IMG/VR virus record: IMGVR_UViG_651053023_000020
Source of the DNA: a virus
Lineage: Duplodnaviria; Heunggongvirae; Uroviricota; Caudoviricetes
DNA length: 35,277 nucleotides
Strand: one strand, 5' to 3'
The notes under the pieces were generated by a model. It did not search any database and had not been told where the DNA came from. It saw only the letters and a program-made list of their open reading frames with translations. Every line of letters starts with the position of its first letter. Positions within the stretch are counted from its first letter, which is position 1. Of this stretch, positions 18,316 through 27,646 are shown one piece after another. The position numbers were made by a program, and so were the translations under genes.

Positions 18316-18387
18316 AAAAAAATCGGGCGGTGGGTGCGCGGTGTAAACGGTCACGGAGTCAAACCGGAACACCGCGCACGCCGCCCG
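18316..18387 (-). terminator. long hairpin plus U-run between M and L (possible attenuator)
   Basis: Inverted repeat CGGGCGGTGGGTGCGCGGTG / CACCGCGCACGCCGCCCG, followed on the minus strand by TTTTTTT just before the L Shine-Dalgarno. Confidence 0.4.
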
Positions 18388-18403
18388 CTGACGGGGTCAG
18401 TCG

Positions 18404-19204
18404 TTAACCGCGCTTCGCCTTCTGCGTCGCGGTGGTTTTTCGTGTTGCAGGCTTCCGCGTTGTCTTTTTACTTTTGCTGCTTTCGTCCTGCGTCTGCTGT
18501 GCGCTGGCGTCTTCTGGTGCGGCTGCGGAATCGGCTTTTTTCAGGGCGCGGGAAAGGGTTGCAATCTCGCGTTTCACACCTGCGTTCGGGTTCAGGTGCA
18601 TTGCTTCGCGCAGCAGCTTCAGTGACAGGGCCATGCTGTCCGTATCACTCAGGCCACGGCGGGCAAAGGCGCACGCTTTGCATAATTTGGCGCGCACTTC
18701 GTCCGGCATGTCCTGGTCGGTGACAATCTCCCGGAGGGTGTCCAGTGGTTCGATAAAGGCGGACAAATCCGCGTCGGCATCCGTCCCGGCCTGCGTCAGT
18801 ACCGGATTACAGATTTCTTCGGTCAGTACCGTGGCAGCAGTACGTCCAAAGTTATCCGGCATGATGAGGTTGTGACGGACCACATATGCACCAATACGCA
18901 GCGCCAGCGGAAGATCGCCGCAGTCAATCGCCCAGACCATCAGCGTGGCAATCACTTCATCCTGCTGCCCGCCGTCAGCCTCCAGCGTTCCCTCAATCCA
19001 GCCGGAAAAGTCCGGCAATAACTCTTTTTTGATGGCGGCTTTCGCGCTTCTGGCCTGTACGCCCTTAAGCCGGGCCTGTGCCAGACGCAGACGATACAGC
19101 ACCTCTTCATGCGCGGTACGCGCGGCGTGGTCCACGCCTTCATTCGCCCGGCCTGCGCGCTGTGCCATCACGTTCTGCCAGTGTTGCTGTGCAGGAGTAA
19201 TCAT
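18404..19204 (-). CDS. M: terminase endonuclease (small) subunit gpM
   Basis: 266 aa, position between N and L and family recall. Confidence 0.8.
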   Translation of the reverse strand: MITPAQQHWQNVMAQRAGRANEGVDHAARTAHEEVLYRLRLAQARLKGVQARSAKAAIKKELLPDFSGWIEGTLEADGGQQDEVIATLMVWAIDCGDLPLALRIGAYVVRHNLIMPDNFGRTAATVLTEEICNPVLTQAGTDADADLSAFIEPLDTLREIVTDQDMPDEVRAKLCKACAFARRGLSDTDSMALSLKLLREAMHLNPNAGVKREIATLSRALKKADSAAAPEDASAQQTQDESSKSKKTTRKPATRKTTATQKAKRG

Positions 19205-19249
19205 TTTTTCTCTCCGTTACAGGCGGGCATGATGCCCGCCGTGAGGTGA

Positions 19250-20302
19250 TTAGCTGTCGGCGAACTTCAGGCCAGTGACCATCGCGCACTTGCCATAGTC
19301 TTCAACGACATAAGCGTCATTGATGGACTGGTAGGTGGCGATGCGGTTGTATTCCGGCTCGTCTTTCATCAGGCGACGCATTGTTCCTTTCTGCCAGTAA
19401 ATTGACAGGTTATTGAACGAGGTGATCAGCATCGTTGCATCCGGGAAGAACGGCGCAAGGAATACATCCAGCCCGCCAATGGCGCGCGATGACAGGATGA
19501 GCTGTCCGGCAAGTAATTCCGCATTGGGATTCTGGCCGCTGATGCTGTTCAGCACGGGTAGACGCAGCGAGTTAAACAGGTTGCGCCCCATAATCACCAC
19601 GAGGTCGTCAGCTTCCTTGTGCCATTCATCCAGCAGGGATGAGCGCGCGTCCTGTACCAGAGCATCAGCGTTCGCATATTTACCCGCGTGCGCCACGGTG
19701 TTGTCCATGTTGCGGGAGGTCAGCGTTACATCATTCATAACGCGCTCGCTGGCGTCGGTTCTGATGTGCTCCAGCCATCCCACGTTAACGTCCTGAAGCA
19801 GCTTGTTAGTGCTGAAGTTGGACTCATCCGCGTGAGACGTGCCGTTGAAACCGATCATGATGCGGTCAAGCGCCACCTGCCGGGCAATCTGTGTGCTGAC
19901 GCGGGACTGAAAATCAGGGTGTGCCGCCCAGGCATCAAGCTGCGGATACGAAATAAACGTGTCGTAGTTCACCTGTTCGCACTGGTATTTGCGGTTTTTC
20001 AGATCAACCACGTTATTCGGGTTACGGCGTTTTGTGCCGTCATAACTGGTATTCGTGCGCGCAATCGGCCCGGTGGTGTCCAGGAGGATTTTTTCGCCTT
20101 TCTGGTCAGTCACACCGAACACGTTAATTTTTTTTGTAAATTCAGTGCTCTCCTTTACTGCGTTTTCAAAACGCTGCTGCACCGAGGGTTCCACGGTAAA
20201 TCGCGATACCAGTGCAGATACCGGGATATTGTTAAGCGACGCCTGCTGCGCCATATAGCAACCCAGCTTGTTGCGGGTAATATCTGACATCACCAGATTC
20301 AT
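19250..20302 (-). CDS. N: major capsid protein gpN
   Basis: 350 aa, P2 N-like. Confidence 0.85.
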   Translation of the reverse strand: MNLVMSDITRNKLGCYMAQQASLNNIPVSALVSRFTVEPSVQQRFENAVKESTEFTKKINVFGVTDQKGEKILLDTTGPIARTNTSYDGTKRRNPNNVVDLKNRKYQCEQVNYDTFISYPQLDAWAAHPDFQSRVSTQIARQVALDRIMIGFNGTSHADESNFSTNKLLQDVNVGWLEHIRTDASERVMNDVTLTSRNMDNTVAHAGKYANADALVQDARSSLLDEWHKEADDLVVIMGRNLFNSLRLPVLNSISGQNPNAELLAGQLILSSRAIGGLDVFLAPFFPDATMLITSFNNLSIYWQKGTMRRLMKDEPEYNRIATYQSINDAYVVEDYGKCAMVTGLKFADS

Positions 20303-20324
20303 AAAAATTTGCTCCTTTGTCTTA

Positions 20325-21161
20325 TCAGAAGTCAGCCAGCTGGTCGGAGGCTGCGCCCGTTGCGGTGAAGCGGTTCTGCGGATCGCCGTCCTGCGTGCGC
20401 AGTTTTTCCTTCAGTGCTGTCAGCTCTGTGGTCAGTGACGTGATTTTCTGGCGGTCCTGCTGATGGCGGGTTTCCAGCACATTAAAACGGTCGATAATGT
20501 CGGCCTGTGACGTTGCGACGCCTTCCACCGCTTCCTGAATACGGGAGAAACTGGCGTCATCCGCTTTGCGGCCACGACCAATAATCCCCATTACGCGGTT
20601 AAACCACTGGGTGCCTTCTTCCTGGCGTTGTTCTGCCATTTCGATGATTTCAGACTCGATGGCTTCGGAAATGAGCGGTGCTTCACCCTGGACACTGTTG
20701 AACGTCATCACCGCCTGACGTTGCTGTGCCGTGAATTTCAGGCGCTCAGTGCCCAGGCTTGCCGGGGTGTCGGTCATCGCCAGCCCGACCAGATAGGCGC
20801 GCCCGTTAACGGAGAACTGCGGGTGCAGTTCGATACTGGAATAGATTTTCTTGCCGTCCGCGACAAGCTGCTTCATGCGCTCGGTCGGTTCGATTTCTGC
20901 ATACAGCGCAGTACGTCCGGCCAGCGGACCTTCCGTAATGTCTTCCGTACTCAGTGCGGTGACATCGCCCATTGCGGAAAATTCGCTTGACGGGCATGGC
21001 GAGAGATAGTGCTCAACGTTCACGCGGGCAGCGTAAACATCCGGGTTGAAGTTCTCGGCGGCTTCACGCAGATGCACCGGACTGATTTCACGGCCATCAA
21101 CAGTTGATCCGGAGACAGCCACGCGAAACTTTTTGCGGGATGTCTTTTTTTCATTAGCCAT
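20325..21161 (-). CDS. O: capsid scaffolding protein gpO
   Basis: Start placed at ATG 21161 preceded by GAGGGG; divergent from P as in P2. Confidence 0.8.
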   Translation of the reverse strand: MANEKKTSRKKFRVAVSGSTVDGREISPVHLREAAENFNPDVYAARVNVEHYLSPCPSSEFSAMGDVTALSTEDITEGPLAGRTALYAEIEPTERMKQLVADGKKIYSSIELHPQFSVNGRAYLVGLAMTDTPASLGTERLKFTAQQRQAVMTFNSVQGEAPLISEAIESEIIEMAEQRQEEGTQWFNRVMGIIGRGRKADDASFSRIQEAVEGVATSQADIIDRFNVLETRHQQDRQKITSLTTELTALKEKLRTQDGDPQNRFTATGAASDQLADF

Positions 21162-21315
21162 AGTTTTTGCCCCTCTGACTGGTTCTTCAGTCATGATGGC
21201 AAAGCGTAACAGGCTGATACAAAGGGCTTTTGTTGTAAGAAAACGGCCAGAACAGGGGGTTAAGGAGAACAGTTTCGCGCGCGGGTAATCTTCCTGTAAT
21301 TACTCAGGGGGAGCA

Positions 21316-23067
21316 ATGATTCAGGACGCTTTTGTGCGCCAGCGTGCGCGGCAACTTTACTGGCAGGGTTATCCGCCCGCAGAAATATCACGTCTGATGG
21401 GAATAAACCCGAACACGATTTATGCGTGGAAAAAACGCGACCAGTGGGATGAAACGCCACCCGTGCAGCGTGTCACGCAGTCCATCGATGCGCGCCTCAT
21501 CCAGCTTACTGAAAAACAGAATAAAACAGGCGGTGACTTTAAGGAAATAGACCTGCTGACCCGGCAGCTTAAAAAACTGCATGATGGCCAGCCGGATGCG
21601 ACGGCCACAGGAAAGAAAGGCCGGGCGAAAAAACTCAAAAATCATTTCACGCCGGAACAGATTGCCGCACTGCGGGAAAAAATCATCAGCAGGCTGGAGT
21701 GGCATCAGCGGGGCTGGTTTGACTCCCTGACCCTTTGCAGGGAAGCCGGGATACGTAACAGGATGATCCTGAAATCCCGACAGATTGGGGCGACCTGGTA
21801 TTTTGCACAGGAAGCACTGCTGATGGCGCTGCGTGACGATGTGGCGCAACCTTACCAGCGTAACCAGATTTTTTTGTCTGCGTCGCGTCGTCAGGCGTTC
21901 CAGTTTAAAAGCATTATTCAGAAGGCCGCGGCTGAAGTTGATGTGGAGCTGAAAGGGGGCGATAAAATCATCCTCTCCAACGGCGCAGAGCTGCATTTTC
22001 TCGGCACTTCTGCTGCGTCGGCACAGTCCTATACGGGCAATTTTTATTTTGATGAATTTTTCTGGGTCAGTCGCTTTGCTGAACTGCGCAAGGTGGCTGG
22101 CGCTATGGCAACCCTCAGCGGACTGCGGCGCACCTACTTCTCCACGCCATCCACCGAAACGCACGAGGCATACGCCTACTGGAACGGCGACCGCTGGAAC
22201 GAGAAAAAGGCCTCGCATAAACGCCAGCGTTTTTCTGTGGACTGGAAAACGCTGCATAACGGGCTTATCTGCCCTGACCGGACGTGGCGGCAAATTGTCA
22301 CGCTGGAAGATGTGGTTAATCACGGCTGGAAACACACCGATATCGACGAAATTCGTGATGAAAACACCGAAGACGAGTTCCTCAATCTCTATATGTGTGA
22401 GTTTGTCCGCGAAGGGGAATCGGCATTTAACCTGAATATCCTGATTGGCTGCGGTGTTGACGGATACGACGACTGGAAAGACTGGAAACCTTTTGCTCCC
22501 CGCCCGATGGGGAATCGTCCGGTATGGATTGGGTATGACGCAAACGGAAGCAGTGGCAACGGCGACAGCGGCGCTGTGTCCGTGGTGGTTCCTCCGGCTG
22601 TTCCTGGTGGCCGTTTTCGAACGGTGGAGACGCGACGCGTTCAGGGGCTGGAGTTTGAAGAACAGGCCAGAGTCATTGAAGAGTTCACGTGTCGCTACAA
22701 CGTGGAACACATCGGCATTGATGTGACGGGCGGGAACGGGGAGGCTGTTTATCAGATAGTGAAACGGTTTTTCCCTGCCGCTATTCCGTACACCTTCACG
22801 CTGTCATCAAAACGGTCGCTGGTACTGAAAATGCTGCAAATAATGCGTGCCGGGCGGTGGGAATACGATCGCGCCGAACGCGAGCTGGTCGCGGCCTTTA
22901 ACGCCGTGCGTAAGGTGAAAACACCGGGCGGCTTTATCACTTACGAAACGGACCGCGCGAGGGGGATCAGCCACGGCGACCTTGCGTGGGCAACCATGCT
23001 TGCTGTCATTAACGAACCAATTGGCGGCGAAGGAGAAAACGAGCGTTTCACGGTTATGGAGTTCTGA
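21316..23067 (+). CDS. P: terminase ATPase (large) subunit gpP
   Basis: 583 aa, P2 P-like, GGGGGAG SD. Confidence 0.9.
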   Translation: MIQDAFVRQRARQLYWQGYPPAEISRLMGINPNTIYAWKKRDQWDETPPVQRVTQSIDARLIQLTEKQNKTGGDFKEIDLLTRQLKKLHDGQPDATATGKKGRAKKLKNHFTPEQIAALREKIISRLEWHQRGWFDSLTLCREAGIRNRMILKSRQIGATWYFAQEALLMALRDDVAQPYQRNQIFLSASRRQAFQFKSIIQKAAAEVDVELKGGDKIILSNGAELHFLGTSAASAQSYTGNFYFDEFFWVSRFAELRKVAGAMATLSGLRRTYFSTPSTETHEAYAYWNGDRWNEKKASHKRQRFSVDWKTLHNGLICPDRTWRQIVTLEDVVNHGWKHTDIDEIRDENTEDEFLNLYMCEFVREGESAFNLNILIGCGVDGYDDWKDWKPFAPRPMGNRPVWIGYDANGSSGNGDSGAVSVVVPPAVPGGRFRTVETRRVQGLEFEEQARVIEEFTCRYNVEHIGIDVTGGNGEAVYQIVKRFFPAAIPYTFTLSSKRSLVLKMLQIMRAGRWEYDRAERELVAAFNAVRKVKTPGGFITYETDRARGISHGDLAWATMLAVINEPIGGEGENERFTVMEF

Positions 23068-24113
23068 TGAGCAGAAAAAATAAAAAAGTGCGCATGAGTT
23101 CACGCATTGATCTCGCTGATGCGCTCAGGAAAGAATCATCGCTCAGTGCATTCACATTTGATGGTCCTTATCGCCTGACCGGGCATGACCTGCTGGACAA
23201 TATGTACTGTGCTGATAACGGGCGGTGGTATGAAACCCCGGTGGACTGGTACGGTCTGGCAAGAGCCGCCCGGCAAACGTCCTGGCATCAGTCTGCGCTT
23301 TACTTTAAGCGCAATGTATTGCTCGGTTGCTACATCCCGCACCCGCTGCTTTCCCGGCAGGATTTCTCGGCGCTGGCGCTGGACTGGTTTGTGTTCGGTA
23401 ACGCATTCCTTGAGCTTCGAAGCAATATGCTCGGCGAACCGCTTAAATTACGGCACGCCCTGGCGAAATACATGCGACGCGGAAGCGATCTTGAATCATG
23501 GTGGTATGTGCAGGATGGCAAGGATGCGTTTCAGTTTCGCCCTGGCAAAGTGTGCCACCTGATGAATCCGGATATTAACCAGGAAATCTACGGCATGCCG
23601 GAATATCTTGGCGCATTACTCTCGGCCAGCCTTTCTCATTCGGCGGACATGTTCAGAAAACTGTACTACGACAACGGATCCCACGCCGGGTGCATCATCT
23701 ACATCGGTGCAGCGCAGGTAAACCGCGAAAGCATGGACTCCCTGAAAGAAACGTTACAGGGTGCGCGTGGTGGTGGTGCATTTAAAAACGTGCTCATTCA
23801 TGCGCCCAACGGGGGCAAAGAAGGTGTGCAAATTTTGCCGTTCCAGCAGATCACCGCAAAGGATGAGTTCATGAATGTTAAGGCGGCATCCCGTGATGAT
23901 GTACTGGCTGCGCACCGCGTTCCGCCGCAACTGATGGGGGCGATGCCGGGTGAAAAAAGTGCGTTTGGTGATGTGGAGAAGGCCGCGCGGGTTTACGCAA
24001 TTAACGAGCTGATGCCCGTCATGGAGGCCATGAAGCACATCAATGACTGGCTTGGCGAAGAGGTGATCCGCTTTAACCCTTACGCACTGTTAGACACCCA
24101 GCCCACATCCTGA
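23067..24113 (+). CDS. Q: portal protein gpQ
   Basis: 348 aa, start overlaps P stop (TGATG). Confidence 0.9.
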   Translation: MSRKNKKVRMSSRIDLADALRKESSLSAFTFDGPYRLTGHDLLDNMYCADNGRWYETPVDWYGLARAARQTSWHQSALYFKRNVLLGCYIPHPLLSRQDFSALALDWFVFGNAFLELRSNMLGEPLKLRHALAKYMRRGSDLESWWYVQDGKDAFQFRPGKVCHLMNPDINQEIYGMPEYLGALLSASLSHSADMFRKLYYDNGSHAGCIIYIGAAQVNRESMDSLKETLQGARGGGAFKNVLIHAPNGGKEGVQILPFQQITAKDEFMNVKAASRDDVLAAHRVPPQLMGAMPGEKSAFGDVEKAARVYAINELMPVMEAMKHINDWLGEEVIRFNPYALLDTQPTS

Positions 24114-24130
24114 CGCGCTTCGCTTGTCTG

Positions 24131-24153
24131 CTGCTTCGCCGGGGCATAAAAAA
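24131..24153. other. stable hairpin immediately downstream of Q (no clear U-tract)
   Basis: GGGGCATAAA-AAA-TTTATGCCCC inverted repeat. Confidence 0.4.
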
Positions 24154-24409
24154 TTTATGCCCCGACTCTCCAGCTCCTGTATCAATCAGATAATTTCACG
24201 ATGCTTTTCTGCTGATTGCCATCATCGACAGTCAGACTCTTACGCAATCCCACCGCGTTGACTGCATGTTCTCGCCGTCTCAGTGCGATTTTGACGGCCT
24301 TACCTAAATCAAAAGCCCTCACGTCTTTTTCACGCTCAGCGTGAGAAATACAGCCATTCTGTTGTATCTCTGCGACATCGTTCAGGGAATGCTATTTACC
24401 CCCTGAAAC

Positions 24410-24440
24410 GCGGGCTGTTCCCCCGTCACCCGCGCGCAAC
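24410..24440. other. candidate cos region
   Basis: Expected location next to Q; G/C-rich tract gctgttcccccgtcacccgcgcgc loosely resembles the reverse complement of the P2-type cohesive end as I recall it; not an exact match. Confidence 0.3.
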
Positions 24441-24592
24441 AAAAACGCGTTTTTTGTGCACGCACGGATCCTTGACGGATCCAGCCGCCATGCGGGCCGG
24501 AAGGGTAAAAAGTCGTTCAAAAAAATTGTGCAAATTTGTGCACTATTGTGCAGCAGGGCGATGTGTGATTATCGCCCTGGTTTGTCGTGGAT

Positions 24593-25132
24593 CTAATTAT
24601 CTTCTGTCTCCTGCCACGAGACTTTTCCGCCTGCCTTTATGATGGCTTGCTCAACATCCCGTTCGTATCGCAAAGGCTGGAATACGCCGTTAATGAAATA
24701 CTCCTTTGGGTCCGGGATCGATACGGTAAATTTGTCATTCTCTGGTTTTGGTATTGGTGAGACTGGATGCTCGTTTTTGGCAAGTTTTTTTATGACTCCC
24801 TCGTATTTTTCTTTTGTACATTGCATCGCCTCTTCAAAAGAAAGCGCTTTGTTACGCATTAACACGGCGTACTTTAGTGCATCCTGTGCTTTCTGGAATT
24901 TAAGTGCATAGTCCGTGGCGATTTTTTCCAGTTCAGCAGCCCGCCTTCGAAGCCCTTCAATCTCACCATTGCGGGCGATGAGGTTGCAGCACATTCTTTC
25001 ATTCTCATCCAGCAACACCAGCACAACCGATGGTGTCACCTGTTCATGGAAAATATCCGCATCATATCCCCAGTCATCATGTATTGCCTGCTCTGCCGCT
25101 TCACGCAGTGCCTGATAGTCAATCTTGCTCAT
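24593..25132 (-). CDS. Ead/Ea22-like protein (function unknown)
   Basis: N-terminal IDYQALREAAEQA motif typical of Ea22-like proteins; last gene of accessory operon. Confidence 0.5.
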   Translation of the reverse strand: MSKIDYQALREAAEQAIHDDWGYDADIFHEQVTPSVVLVLLDENERMCCNLIARNGEIEGLRRRAAELEKIATDYALKFQKAQDALKYAVLMRNKALSFEEAMQCTKEKYEGVIKKLAKNEHPVSPIPKPENDKFTVSIPDPKEYFINGVFQPLRYERDVEQAIIKAGGKVSWQETEDN

Positions 25133-25653
25133 TGGATGACTCCTTTGTGTTGCGTCAGCTCTTCCTGTGCCTGCATCATGCGATTGACCTGAACGCGTGT
25201 GCGTCGAACGGAAAAAACAAACAGATTCAAAAGGCGGCGCATCTCTTTGTCCTCATGTCGCGCATGACGGATAAAGGTAAGTCGGTAGAACTCGGATTCG
25301 GCAGCGCGTTGAATCAACGACAGATCAAAGTGAAGTGCTGGTCTGGTGCATTTTGCGCATCTGGCGGCAAGCTCTGGCATCAATCTCTTAACGAAGGTGT
25401 TTTGTACTGCTTTGTTGAGTTGTGTCTGCATCCAAATCGCAAATTTCAGCGAACGCATGAGCCGGATCGCGTCGGGCAACGGCAGATAGATCATGCTGGC
25501 GGTTTTGGGTAGCGGATGAATCATTTTCACGGAGACGCGATCGCGCAGTGTTCGAAAAATCGTGTTCCCGACAACAGACTCCACGGAGACAGGGCAGGGG
25601 GCCAGACCAACCCGCAACGCGTTCGTCATGAACAGATATTCATCTTTTTTCAT
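25129..25653 (-). CDS. hypothetical protein (accessory operon)
   Basis: ORF 25129-25719; preferred start ATG 25653 with AAGGA SD (174 aa); stop overlaps Ea22-like start; no family recognised. Confidence 0.5.
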   Translation of the reverse strand: MKKDEYLFMTNALRVGLAPCPVSVESVVGNTIFRTLRDRVSVKMIHPLPKTASMIYLPLPDAIRLMRSLKFAIWMQTQLNKAVQNTFVKRLMPELAARCAKCTRPALHFDLSLIQRAAESEFYRLTFIRHARHEDKEMRRLLNLFVFSVRRTRVQVNRMMQAQEELTQHKGVIQ

Positions 25654-25719
25654 CGTGTTTTCCTTAGTGCGGGGGCGACAGTGCGCCCCGATAAAATTAA
25701 AAGCCGTCAAATTCGTCAT

Positions 25720-26052
25720 TCATCTTCCTGCTCCCTGCGTTCCTTGTTCTTCTCGGATAACGCTGTTGCACACTTCCACACACTCGTCGCAGATGAAAAC
25801 GTCGTCCCCGGCAATTAACTTTTTGATGGCGTGCTGTGGTTTCTTGCAGAAGCTGCAATAAAGCGTTTGCCTGATAGATACGGATGATGTGTAGGATGTC
25901 AGCCTCGCGATGTCGTTCTTGCGGCGCAACATCACACGGCAGCACTCAACCAGTTTCTCCGGGGCGATTTCTTCCTCTGTGGCGAGCGCCTCCAGTCGTT
26001 CGAGTATGTTGAAGGCTTTTTCCTCGGTAATTGCAGAATGCGATGTGGTCAT
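25720..26052 (-). CDS. protein with C-terminal ClpX-type C4 zinc-finger (ZBD) domain
   Basis: [39 protein letters not shown] closely matches the ClpX N-terminal zinc-binding domain; start at ATG 26052 with AAGGAG SD. Confidence 0.65.
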   Translation of the reverse strand: MTTSHSAITEEKAFNILERLEALATEEEIAPEKLVECCRVMLRRKNDIARLTSYTSSVSIRQTLYCSFCKKPQHAIKKLIAGDDVFICDECVEVCNSVIREEQGTQGAGR

Positions 26053-26063
26053 CTCTTTCTCCT

Positions 26064-26264
26064 TCAAAGTTCAGTGTGCTGACAGAGGTGTCCTTTGCGA
26101 CAGACCAGGACGCTTCCCTTACTTGAGTCGGTGATTGTCACCGTGCCGTCATCGCACTGGACAACGATGACGGTGTTGCTCTTTTCCGTTGCGCAGTTCG
26201 GCGTGGTTGAATGCGCCAACGGAATGAAAAACAGCGAAAAAAGTAATGTCAGTCTTTTCATCAT
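26064..26264 (-). CDS. small secreted protein with signal peptide and four Cys
   Basis: [19 protein letters not shown] signal-peptide-like N-terminus; 66 aa; tightly linked upstream of the ZBD gene. Confidence 0.45.
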   Translation of the reverse strand: MMKRLTLLFSLFFIPLAHSTTPNCATEKSNTVIVVQCDDGTVTITDSSKGSVLVCRKGHLCQHTEL

Positions 26265-26338
26265 GGATGCCTCATGCTTACTGTTCTGAAGGCATGACTT
26301 ACTAAATAAAACTGTCCGTCATGCCTTATCACGTCTCC

Positions 26339-26650
26339 TTATTCGGGGAATAACGCCCTGATGTTTGCGGCCATCTGGCTGGTTGGCTGCGCCTCTGGCG
26401 CAGCCTGTGCTTTGGTTTTTTCCTCCCTGACCTGTGTCACGGGTAACGCCTCATCGTCAGCCCATGCAGCCAGTCGGTAAGCCTCTGCCGGATTCATTTT
26501 CAGAAGTGCCAGCCCGGCCAGAAAAGCCACACGTTGGCCGCTTTTGCGGGCTTCTGGTGTAAGGCTGTCCAGCCAGGCGCATGCTTCGCCTTCGTTCTTG
26601 ACGGCGGCGGGCTTCAGATAGAAACTTATCCGTCTGGTTGGTGTCGTCAT
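26339..26650 (-). CDS. ParR-like centromere-binding protein (StbB-like)
   Basis: RRISFYLKP...WLDSL...AFLAGLAL pattern resembles R1 ParR N-terminal RHH region; ATG 26650 with AAGGAG SD, 5 nt after ParM-like stop. Confidence 0.55.
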   Translation of the reverse strand: MTTPTRRISFYLKPAAVKNEGEACAWLDSLTPEARKSGQRVAFLAGLALLKMNPAEAYRLAAWADDEALPVTQVREEKTKAQAAPEAQPTSQMAANIRALFPE

Positions 26651-26654
26651 TGGT

Positions 26655-27614
26655 TTACTCCTTGTCCATTGCGTACAGCCCATTAACCAGAGCAAACTGT
26701 GGCACCCCGTCCGCGATGAAAGTCGCATTAACTCCGCAGGCTTCGCGGATAGCGGGTGCCACAATCTCCGCCCCGCCACCGACAACCATCACCCGCCCGT
26801 AACCCGAAAAACCCGCCAGCGCGCGGATCACGCGTTGTTTCAGTGTTTCTTCCTTTTCACGAATAACCGCCATCAGGCTGTCGTAATGCGCGTCATTGTG
26901 GATGTGCTGGCGCAGCCAGGCTTCATCGTGGCGATGTTCGATAATGGTATTGGCGATATGGTGACTGGTACGCATACCGTTAGTGGCCATCACCGACAGT
27001 ACGGCATCGGCCATCAGGGAAACGCCTACGTGTGGATCGCAAAACACCTGGCTGATACCTGCCAGTTGTCCCTGGACCTTTGCCACATCCAGCGTGGTTC
27101 CGCCTAAATCCACAATCAGCAGGGATTCAAACGGACTCATGTCAGCCAGTGCCTTAAAGCCAGCCGGAATGGATTCAGGCATAACCCGCACGTTACGGAT
27201 AGTGAATGCTTCGCCGTTCTGGTACTCCACCGGGCGCATAACGTTCGCTTTTTTGCGGTTGATGTTGGCCATGTCCGGCTGTGCGTTTGTGTCGAAATAC
27301 TCGCTCAGTGGCAGGGTGACAACCACATCCACCTCCTGTGGTGTGATGCCTGATTTGACCAGCGCGTGGTGAATGGCGATTACATTCACATCGCTGTACT
27401 GGTATTGCGTGTCGGTCGTCTGGACAAAGCGATCGCTGACCGGATCAAAACCATAGCGCACGCCATCAAGCATGTAGTTCGCAGGCTGCGAGCCACCGAA
27501 CGGCGCAGACCATTCCGACTTGAAGCTGTTCGGGCTGATGGCGTTGCGGCGTTCGCTGTTCTCAGTCCATGCCAGCTTGATGTTGGTGGAGCCGTCGTCG
27601 ATACAAATTTTCAT
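26655..27614 (-). CDS. ParM/StbA-like actin-family segregation ATPase
   Basis: IDDGSTNIKLAW, SPNSFK, YQYSDVNVIAIHHAL, MPESIPAG, LLIVDLGGTTLD, VMVVGGGAE and LVNGLY motifs match plasmid R1 ParM as recalled. Confidence 0.75.
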   Translation of the reverse strand: MKICIDDGSTNIKLAWTENSERRNAISPNSFKSEWSAPFGGSQPANYMLDGVRYGFDPVSDRFVQTTDTQYQYSDVNVIAIHHALVKSGITPQEVDVVVTLPLSEYFDTNAQPDMANINRKKANVMRPVEYQNGEAFTIRNVRVMPESIPAGFKALADMSPFESLLIVDLGGTTLDVAKVQGQLAGISQVFCDPHVGVSLMADAVLSVMATNGMRTSHHIANTIIEHRHDEAWLRQHIHNDAHYDSLMAVIREKEETLKQRVIRALAGFSGYGRVMVVGGGAEIVAPAIREACGVNATFIADGVPQFALVNGLYAMDKE

Positions 27615-27646
27615 GTCGCTTTTCCTTATGTTGATTAATTAATCGA

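Noticed and set aside
21388-22710. 440-aa minus-strand ORF opposite terminase P
   Set aside because: Fully embedded antisense to terminase large subunit; no start context; composition looks non-genic.
24131-24153. Hairpin after Q as a classic intrinsic terminator
   Set aside because: Stable stem but no downstream U-tract; kept only as a low-confidence structural feature.
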